A stretch of 64,000 bases of DNA. It comes from an uncultured bacterium. Lineage in GTDB: Bacteria; Cyanobacteriota; Vampirovibrionia; Gastranaerophilales; Gastranaerophilaceae. Position numbers and translations under genes: made by a program. The notes under the pieces were generated by a model. It did no database searches. It was not told where the DNA came from and worked only from the letters and a program-made list of their open reading frames with translations. Position 1 is the stretch's first letter. Each line of letters begins with the position of its first letter. Shown in pieces: positions 57,305 to 64,000 of the stretch. Location: the NCBI GenBank assembly GCA_900553895.1, contig USFB01000001.1:49735-113734 (forward strand), written 5' to 3'.

Positions 57305-58814
57305 GATATTAAAAGAGTTTTTAATTACAGCATTAATATTATTAACGCCGGCAATTGCGCAGGCGGAAACGGTTAAACCATTGAAAATCAAGGCTGAAAC
57401 AACGGTTGCCAATATGGATATGGTGATTAAAGATAATTTTGTAAAAGCAAAATTTGCGTCAGCAGAAAATCGTTTTGCTCAAAGCAACGTCAAAGCGTCT
57501 TATGATGATTTTAATGATTTAATTCAAAGAGCTTCGCATGACGATTATGTGTTCCTTGTTTATGGAATGAAAATGGCAGAATACGGCTTTTTTGACCTAT
57601 CAGATGCTTTAATTGCAAAACTTGATGATAACGGCTTTACTTCGTCTTATGTAAGCGATATCAAAAAGTATTATTATCCGTCAGCTATGGTTAATCCAAA
57701 AGATGTTGTATATTTGGCTGATGCTTATTCAAACATAATGTATAATAATATGGCGATTGAAACAACGTCAGAATTATTGAACTCAAATCAAGCGTCAGAA
57801 AGCGATTACAAAAATTATTTAATCGCGCTCGGTTATTATAAGTCTAACAATTTACCACTTGCGCTAAAATACATTAACAATGCACTTGTTGAAAATGATG
57901 TAAATATTAATTACTTAGCGTTAAAAGCAAAAATTTTAGCAGATTCTAATAAATCAGCACAAGCATTAAAAGTTTTGGCAAAAATTAAAAAGGCGGATTT
58001 TAAAACTGTAGATTTTCAAAGAAAAGTTAAAGCTATAGAAGAATATGTGCTTTATAGAACAGCAAAAGCAGAGGCTTTGAAGGATTATCATTTAGCATAT
58101 TATTATCATTTACAAGAAAAAAGCTTGTTGGCGACAAAAGTTTTACAATCAACCGTTCTACACGCTAAACAATACAGTCCTTTGGTGTTTTCATTATTAG
58201 GCAGAATTTATTATGAAAACGAAGAACCATTAAAAGCACAAGAATTTGCGTCACGTGCTTTCAGAGAGGACAAGAATAACTATTTGGCATCTTTAACTTT
58301 GGCGGATGTAAGCTATGATAACAGAAAATATGAAGACTCTTTAAAATATTACAAGCATGCTAAGAAACTTACCAAAGATATTGAACCTTCTGTTGGTATG
58401 GCAAAAACATATTTAGCAATGGAAAAAGATAAAAAATCTAAGAAAATTTACGAAAAATTGCTCAAGAAGAATCAATATGATGAAGATTTATTAGTAAATT
58501 CTTTACAAGTTTTTCCTCAAAAATCTGATTATTTCATGCCTAGAGTTGCATCAATTGATATTTCAAACAATGATATTTGGCTTGGTTTAGCTAATATGGC
58601 GATAAGAGATAAGAATTTTAATATGGCTGCAACATATCTAAATAATTCTTATTATATTGACGCAAATAATTTTAAATATTATTATTATCTTAGCCTTGTT
58701 TTAAGAGCAAAAGGGGATAATGAACTTGCTCAACAATCTTTGATAAGATGTTCAAGACTAAATTCAGATTACGCAGCAGACATAAATCCGGGACACAGTA
58801 TTTATGAAGAGTAA
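57297..58814 (+). CDS. Secreted TPR-repeat protein
   Basis: Signal peptide plus multiple TPR-like repeats. Confidence 0.6.
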   Translation: MNKILKEFLITALILLTPAIAQAETVKPLKIKAETTVANMDMVIKDNFVKAKFASAENRFAQSNVKASYDDFNDLIQRASHDDYVFLVYGMKMAEYGFFDLSDALIAKLDDNGFTSSYVSDIKKYYYPSAMVNPKDVVYLADAYSNIMYNNMAIETTSELLNSNQASESDYKNYLIALGYYKSNNLPLALKYINNALVENDVNINYLALKAKILADSNKSAQALKVLAKIKKADFKTVDFQRKVKAIEEYVLYRTAKAEALKDYHLAYYYHLQEKSLLATKVLQSTVLHAKQYSPLVFSLLGRIYYENEEPLKAQEFASRAFREDKNNYLASLTLADVSYDNRKYEDSLKYYKHAKKLTKDIEPSVGMAKTYLAMEKDKKSKKIYEKLLKKNQYDEDLLVNSLQVFPQKSDYFMPRVASIDISNNDIWLGLANMAIRDKNFNMAATYLNNSYYIDANNFKYYYYLSLVLRAKGDNELAQQSLIRCSRLNSDYAADINPGHSIYEE

Positions 58815-59451
58815 TATTTTAATCGTAGAAGATCATGAATTAACAAGATTTGGCTTGAAAACCGCTTTTGAGAGCTGTGATTTTATTGAGCATATTTATG
58901 AAGCCGAATCAGCTGAACATGGTCTTGAAATTGCATCTGAAAATGAAATCAATCTGATTATTATGGATTTGGGTTTGCCCGGCATGGATGGAATCGAAGC
59001 TACAAGAAAAGTAAAAGCTTTGAATAAGGATATTAAGATTGTAGTTTTAACCTCTCATAATGATGAGCAAGAAGTTTTAAACAGCTTAAAAGCCGGCGCA
59101 AATGCTTATTGTTCAAAAGAAATTAATCCGAAACGCTTAATTCAAGTTGTTCAATCTGTGTTAGACGGTGCTGCTTGGTTTGACCCTTCAATTTCACATA
59201 TTGTTTTAGAAGCTGCTACTAAAGTCCAAGAAACAGAAGCTCCAAAACCTGAAAGAAACTACGGTTTAACAAGCCGTGAAACTCAAATTTTAAAACTTAT
59301 TACGGAAGGTTACAGTAATATTGAAATTGCAAAAGAATTGTTTGTAAGTATTAATACCACAAAAGCTCACGTTGCAAGTATATTGCAAAAGTTGGAAGTT
59401 GACGATAGATTACAAGCTGCATTAAAGGCATTAAAGGAGAAACTTGTATAA
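58804..59451 (+). CDS. Response regulator, NarL/FixJ (LuxR HTH) family
   Basis: REC domain (IMDLGLPGMDG) plus a LuxR-type HTH. Confidence 0.8.
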   Translation: MKSNILIVEDHELTRFGLKTAFESCDFIEHIYEAESAEHGLEIASENEINLIIMDLGLPGMDGIEATRKVKALNKDIKIVVLTSHNDEQEVLNSLKAGANAYCSKEINPKRLIQVVQSVLDGAAWFDPSISHIVLEAATKVQETEAPKPERNYGLTSRETQILKLITEGYSNIEIAKELFVSINTTKAHVASILQKLEVDDRLQAALKALKEKLV

Positions 59452-60071
59452 TGAACGGTGTAGCATCAATATTGGTAGTTGACGACAATCCAAAATTTTT
59501 AGCAGACGCTCTTCCTATGTATGGTTATGATGTGACTGTTGCAAATGATGGTTTGGAAGCTTTAAAAATTCTTATGAATAAAACTTTTGACCTGATTCTT
59601 TTGGATGTTATGATGCCAAATATGGATGGCTGGGACACTTTAAAAGCCATTCGCAACAATAAAAAAACTCAATATATTCCTGTAATTATGATTACGGCGG
59701 TTAGTGAAGATCAAAAGGTTGTTTCAGGGCTTAAAATAGGTGCGGATGATTATATTGTAAAACCGTTTATTTTACCAAACCTACTGGCAAGAGTTGAAGC
59801 TGTTTTAAGACGTTCAAAGTGGCAACAGGAAGCTCAACCAAAACAAGAAAAAACTTTAAACAAAGATGTTAATATTGACGCACTAACTCCAAAAGAAAAA
59901 GAAGTATTGGCTCTTGTTGCAAAAGGTGCAAGCAATCAGGAAATAGCCGATAAGCTTTTTGTTAGAGATGTTACGGTAAAAACACACTTAAATAGTATAT
60001 TTAAAAAGTTGAAAGTTACAAACAGAACGCAAGCGGTTTTGCTTGCAATGCAAATGAATTTAATTAGCTAG
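59451..60071 (+). CDS. Response regulator, NarL/FixJ (LuxR HTH) family, second tandem copy
   Basis: REC domain (LLDVMMPNMDG) plus a LuxR-type HTH. ATGA-type overlap with the upstream gene. Confidence 0.8.
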   Translation: MNGVASILVVDDNPKFLADALPMYGYDVTVANDGLEALKILMNKTFDLILLDVMMPNMDGWDTLKAIRNNKKTQYIPVIMITAVSEDQKVVSGLKIGADDYIVKPFILPNLLARVEAVLRRSKWQQEAQPKQEKTLNKDVNIDALTPKEKEVLALVAKGASNQEIADKLFVRDVTVKTHLNSIFKKLKVTNRTQAVLLAMQMNLIS

Positions 60072-60094
60072 AAATATTTGAAAGGGCATAAAGT

Positions 60095-60622
60095 ATGTTA
60101 TCAAAAGAAGAATTGATTAACTTAGTTTCAACGAATGTTGATGAATTTAACACAGAAATCAGAAATACAAAAGGTGGAATTGATTTAAGTGAAACAGATT
60201 TTTCTAATATAGAACTTGAAGGTGCTGAATTTTTTAACGTTGATTTGACATCATCTTCTTTTGCAGATTCACATTTAACAGAAGTGAAGTTTGAAGCTTG
60301 TGATTTAACATCTGTTGATTTTACAAGAGCAAATGTTATTGAATGTTCGTTTTCTGAATCCGTATTAAACGGAACAGATTTCAGTTATTCAAAAGTTGAT
60401 TATTGCAATTTCTCTGATGCAGATTTAGCAGGCGCAATTTTTCAAGGTGCAGATTTAACAAATTCAGATTTATCTATGGCAGAAAATTTAAGTGCTTGCA
60501 GATTTGATGAAGAAACTGTTTGGCCTGATAACGAATACTTACCTGAAGATTTTGATTCTAAATACTCATCAGATTTATCATCTTTGCAAGATGAGGATGA
60601 TTATCAACAATCAGATTACTAA
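60095..60622 (+). CDS. Pentapeptide-repeat protein
   Basis: Repeated A(D/N)LxG, (S/T)DFSx pentapeptides and an acidic C-terminus. Confidence 0.7.
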   Translation: MLSKEELINLVSTNVDEFNTEIRNTKGGIDLSETDFSNIELEGAEFFNVDLTSSSFADSHLTEVKFEACDLTSVDFTRANVIECSFSESVLNGTDFSYSKVDYCNFSDADLAGAIFQGADLTNSDLSMAENLSACRFDEETVWPDNEYLPEDFDSKYSSDLSSLQDEDDYQQSDY

Positions 60623-60692
60623 TATCATGGGTTTTATAAAATACACAAAACCACAATCTTTAGAAACACAGAGATTGTGGTTTTGTATTAAA

Positions 60693-61172
60693 TTATTTCA
60701 CTAAACAATCAACAACTTCCCTAAAAGCACCATTTCCACCTTGTGCGGTTGTAGTTTGGATACCTTCAATAGCTTTAACTTGTGCAACGGCATCAGGAAC
60801 GGTGATTGCATATTTTGTAAATTTTAATGATTCCAAGTCATTTATATCATCACCGATATAAACAAACTCATCTTCTTTTAATTTATATCTTTCAACTATT
60901 GATTTGATTACATCAATCTTAACTCTTATATCTTGATGAACTTCTTCAACTTTAAATTTCTTTGCAATAATTTCTATAGCAGAATTTTTTTCGCCTGAAA
61001 CAATACCGATATGATAACCGTTTTTCCTTAATATAGAAAATGCCATCACATCTTTGAAATTAAGCTTTCTAGTCATTTCACCTTTTGAATCAATGTAAAC
61101 ACAGTTATCGGTAACAATGCCGTCAAAATCAGTGATTACAAATTTTATTGTATCAGGTAAATTTAAAGTCAT
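60693..61172 (-). CDS. HAD-superfamily phosphatase of the KdsC family (Kdo-8-P / KDN-9-P phosphatase-like)
   Basis: 159 aa with DFDGIVTDN motif I and a typical KdsC fold signature. Confidence 0.7.
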   Translation of the reverse strand: MTLNLPDTIKFVITDFDGIVTDNCVYIDSKGEMTRKLNFKDVMAFSILRKNGYHIGIVSGEKNSAIEIIAKKFKVEEVHQDIRVKIDVIKSIVERYKLKEDEFVYIGDDINDLESLKFTKYAITVPDAVAQVKAIEGIQTTTAQGGNGAFREVVDCLVK

Positions 61173-62041
61173 TATTTAACCCTTCTCAATTTTTCAATAA
61201 TCGGCAGCTCTCTTTGATAAACCACCTTAACGCCATCTCCTAACAATTCAGGCACTTGTCTGATATCACGCACCATGTGGTAAAGACCTGCCATTTCTAA
61301 ACTTGCGGCTTGATCTGAACCCCAATTTGTTCTATCTACCGTAATATGACGTTCTACAGAATTTGCGCCCAATGCAGCAGCCAATACCGAAGGAGTTACT
61401 CCTCTTTCGTGTCCTGAATAACCGATAGGGCAAGAAAATTCTTTTTTAAATGTTTCTATTGCGCGTAAATTTGTTTCATCTGCATTTGACGGATAAGTAG
61501 AAGTGCAATGGTAAATTATTAAATTATCTTCACCCAAAATAGAAACAGCATGTCTGATTTCTTCCATTGAACTCATGCCGGTAGAAAGTAATATTGGCTT
61601 TCCTTTTGACTTTGTATATCTAAGTAAATTATCATCGGTTAAAGAGGCGGACGCGATTTTATAACATGGAATGTCAAATTTTTCCATAAAATCTACGGAC
61701 GCTTCATCCCAGCAAGATGCAAACCATAAAATGCCTTTTTTCTTGCAATATTCATCAATTTCCTTGTATTCTTTTTCTCCAAATTCCAAACCGCGTTTTA
61801 AATCGCCGTTAGTATTTCCAAAAACACTTTTTCTTTCCTTAGCCAATTCTTCTTTTGTATAAACGACATCAACGGTTCTTTTTTGGAATTTTACAGCATC
61901 ACACCCTGTAGTTACAGCTATATCAATCATTTTTTTTGCTAAAGCAACCGAGCCGTTATGATTAATCCCTATTTCAGCAATTATAAAACAAGGGTAACCG
62001 TCACCTACAATCTTATTTGCAATTTTCACACACTTTGCCAT
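61172..62041 (-). CDS. NeuB-family sialic-acid-type (nonulosonate / 9-phosphate) synthase domain protein lacking SAF domain
   Basis: FIIAEIGINHNG...KFQ NeuB hallmark. 289 aa, no C-terminal SAF domain. 1-nt overlap with the KdsC-like gene. Confidence 0.6.
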   Translation of the reverse strand: MAKCVKIANKIVGDGYPCFIIAEIGINHNGSVALAKKMIDIAVTTGCDAVKFQKRTVDVVYTKEELAKERKSVFGNTNGDLKRGLEFGEKEYKEIDEYCKKKGILWFASCWDEASVDFMEKFDIPCYKIASASLTDDNLLRYTKSKGKPILLSTGMSSMEEIRHAVSILGEDNLIIYHCTSTYPSNADETNLRAIETFKKEFSCPIGYSGHERGVTPSVLAAALGANSVERHITVDRTNWGSDQAASLEMAGLYHMVRDIRQVPELLGDGVKVVYQRELPIIEKLRRVK

Positions 62042-62066
62042 TAGCTCTCCTTATTTAACCCGATAT

Positions 62067-62861
62067 TTAGCCTAAATACTTCTTATAAAGTGCAAACTCG
62101 TCAGGGTCAACTTTATGTTCATTATCTTTTTCTTCTTGCGGTTGCTTGTTTTCTTCTGCTACCGTGTGGAACAATTTATCAATAATTCCATCAGGATTTT
62201 CTTCTTCAACATAAATATCCGAAATCTCAAAATTGTCACTTTCTTCTGTTTTAGTTTCCTCTTCCTGAGGCTGAGTTTCTTCTTCAACCGCTTTTTTTGC
62301 TACAACTTTCGTAAAACCCGGAAATTCAATTTTAGGAATCTCTATTTTCGGGATTCTGATATTAGGAATTTCAATTTTTGAATATTCACCTTCTTCAAAT
62401 TCATCCGGAGGAAAAGCACCTAAATCTTTTATCAAATGAATAGAATTTGCTGATGCGCCTATTAACATTCTTTTACCGTCAAGTTCTACTACATGCAAAG
62501 ATTTATTATTCCCTAATGGTGTAGTTGAAATAACAGAAACATGAGAATTATTGCCTTCACCCATTTGTTTTTTTAGAGTATTTAAGCCTAGTTTGTTAAG
62601 CTTTGCATAAATAATACCTGTTGCATAAATTAATAAAACAACAAAAATCAAAGAAAATACAATTGAAACTAGATTTGGTTCTTGTCCGATTGATTGAGTA
62701 GTGTTTATTGCATTATCGCTTGTTGTAACGGAAGAAGCTTGCGCCGCATTAGCTAAAGGTTCAGGCAAATCAGGCAAAATATCAAACTTTTCCGCAGCTT
62801 GTGCTGAAATAGCACATGACCAACAAAATACTCCCAAAAATATGTTATAAATCTTATTCAT
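62067..62861 (-). CDS. Secreted/membrane hypothetical protein with acidic C-terminal region
   Basis: Signal peptide, one TM helix and a segment faintly resembling a FliO-like motif. No firm call. Confidence 0.35.
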   Translation of the reverse strand: MNKIYNIFLGVFCWSCAISAQAAEKFDILPDLPEPLANAAQASSVTTSDNAINTTQSIGQEPNLVSIVFSLIFVVLLIYATGIIYAKLNKLGLNTLKKQMGEGNNSHVSVISTTPLGNNKSLHVVELDGKRMLIGASANSIHLIKDLGAFPPDEFEEGEYSKIEIPNIRIPKIEIPKIEFPGFTKVVAKKAVEEETQPQEEETKTEESDNFEISDIYVEEENPDGIIDKLFHTVAEENKQPQEEKDNEHKVDPDEFALYKKYLG

Positions 62862-62992
62862 GAATAAATCCGACTTTTTAAGGTTTAAGGCTCAAATTAA
62901 ACAGGCAAGCCCTATTTAAAAATATCCTTCCCCCTTATACTCCTTTTCTGTTATAATTGTATCATAAAATATTAAAATAGGACAAGTTGAGC

Positions 62993-64000
62993 ATGCTAAT
63001 GGAAGTGTTAAGTTATTATTTTGCAGATAAGGGAACATTATTTATACATATTTTAAATCTTTTTGTACTAGGCATGTTAATATTCCTCTTCTTTTTTGCA
63101 AGGCATGCAGGCAAAAAATGGTCTAAGATTAATGATTACTTAGGTGTAATTACAAAAACAGTAAATTCTGTTCGATATGGTGACTTGTCAAAAAAAGTTG
63201 AAAAAATGGAAATTCCAAGCACAGAACCTTTGGCAGACAGTATAAACAGGATGATTGAAACTCTTTATGATAGAGAAAAAATGATTACTGAATATCAAAC
63301 AGAGCTTCATCGTCAAAACAAATTTTTAGAAGCTGTTATTAATTCACTTTCTGATGGTTTAGTAGTAATTGATGACGAACATAAAATTTTACGTGCAACA
63401 GCTAAAATCAGTGAATGGTTTAATGTTACAGGAAAAGATTTGCTTGGAATAGATTTATTAGAATTTATACAAGTTGCAAAAAATAAAAATATTGAAAAAC
63501 TTAATGAAGATGACGTTTTTATTAAAGCTGATATGGCGTCAAATTTTGTTGCAAGCTGCATGGAATTAAAGCTTGAAGATAAAAAACGCAGATTTATAAT
63601 AATTATAAAAAATATTACAAATCAAAGAGAACTGGAAAGTCTTAAGGAAGATTTTGTTGCAACTTTAACGCATGACTTAAAAGTTCCGATAATTGCAGAA
63701 ACAAACATGCTTGAACTATTTTTAAATGAAAATTTTGGACCAATATCAGATAAACAAGAAGTCGCACTTAAAAATATGCAATCATCTAATAAAGAGCTTT
63801 TAGATTTGGTGCAAATTGTTTTAGAAACCTATAAGGTTAAAGACGGCTCTATCAGGCTTTATAAAGAAAATATCAAACTAAAACCTTTTATAGAAGAAAT
63901 AATTGACGAAATGCGTCCGATAGCCGATAAGACTCACAATCCGCTAAACTTTACAACGAATCGCGATATTTGTGTTTTTGCTGATAAAATGCAATTAAAG
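62993..64000 (+). CDS. Sensor histidine kinase (TM, PAS-like, HisKA), 3' end beyond window
   Basis: Open frame from the ATG at 62993 to the window edge. N-terminal TM helix, then a PAS-like region, then H-box FVATLTHDLKVPI. Confidence 0.7.
   Translation, partial: MLMEVLSYYFADKGTLFIHILNLFVLGMLIFLFFFARHAGKKWSKINDYLGVITKTVNSVRYGDLSKKVEKMEIPSTEPLADSINRMIETLYDREKMITEYQTELHRQNKFLEAVINSLSDGLVVIDDEHKILRATAKISEWFNVTGKDLLGIDLLEFIQVAKNKNIEKLNEDDVFIKADMASNFVASCMELKLEDKKRRFIIIIKNITNQRELESLKEDFVATLTHDLKVPIIAETNMLELFLNENFGPISDKQEVALKNMQSSNKELLDLVQIVLETYKVKDGSIRLYKENIKLKPFIEEIIDEMRPIADKTHNPLNFTTNRDICVFADKMQLK

Noticed and set aside
1-64000. Transposases, integrases, phage genes, rRNA operons and CRISPR-cas.
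   Set aside because: None were detectable by eye in any frame. The only mobile-like features are the short GC-rich repeat elements.

Overview
This is a 64 kb, AT-rich (about 30% GC) chromosomal segment from a bacterium with a Gram-negative-type envelope. It carries lpxI-lpxB, a kdsC-like gene, a tolC-acrB-acrA RND efflux operon and a type IV pilin-like gene. The taxon is not determinable from this window; a Ycf45-like R3H ATPase and the overall low-GC signalling content would fit a Fusobacteria- or Melainabacteria-like lineage.

Most of the window is housekeeping: rmuC, lpxI, lpxB, rpmB, nusA-rimP, lysS, thiL-like, ispD, tig, gpmI, folD, pepP, a trmH-family gene, ppiC, glmU, and the conserved rpmG / tRNA-Trp / secE / nusG / rplK / rplA cluster. 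Signal-transduction genes are numerous: an OmpR-type response regulator, two cytoplasmic or membrane histidine kinases, a pseudo-receiver-GGDEF protein, a GAF-HD-GYP protein, two tandem LuxR-type response regulators and a pentapeptide-repeat protein. No transposases, integrases, CRISPR arrays or rRNA genes were seen.

The main non-routine signals are:
- A family of short GC-rich, partly palindromic repeat elements scattered through intergenic regions. One copy is inserted in-frame inside the M24 aminopeptidase gene (pepP), in the manner of Rickettsia palindromic elements, and three copies lie within the ribosomal-protein cluster.
- An approximately 30-45 nt conserved promoter-like motif placed 19-37 nt upstream of four unrelated small ORFs (61, 98, 67 and 145 aa), suggesting a small regulon.
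- A tightly packed three-gene operon at 22083-28564: an acidic tandem-repeat membrane protein with a TonB_C-like C-terminus, an acidic protein with a C-terminal helix-turn-helix, and a triple-zinc-ribbon / AAA (STAND-like) / TPR NTPase. This is the best candidate for an undescribed system. It lies convergent to a bacterial-type SNF2 helicase.
- Other candidates: a small acidic protein / R3H-ATPase / radical SAM cluster, a NeuB-like / KdsC-like pair, an orphan transketolase N-terminal subunit followed by a Cys-rich mini-protein, and a structured GC-rich intergenic region upstream of tig.

Note that the ORF-track coordinates for the two minus-strand genes at 483-2450 appear shifted by one base relative to my reading of the printed line at 1681.
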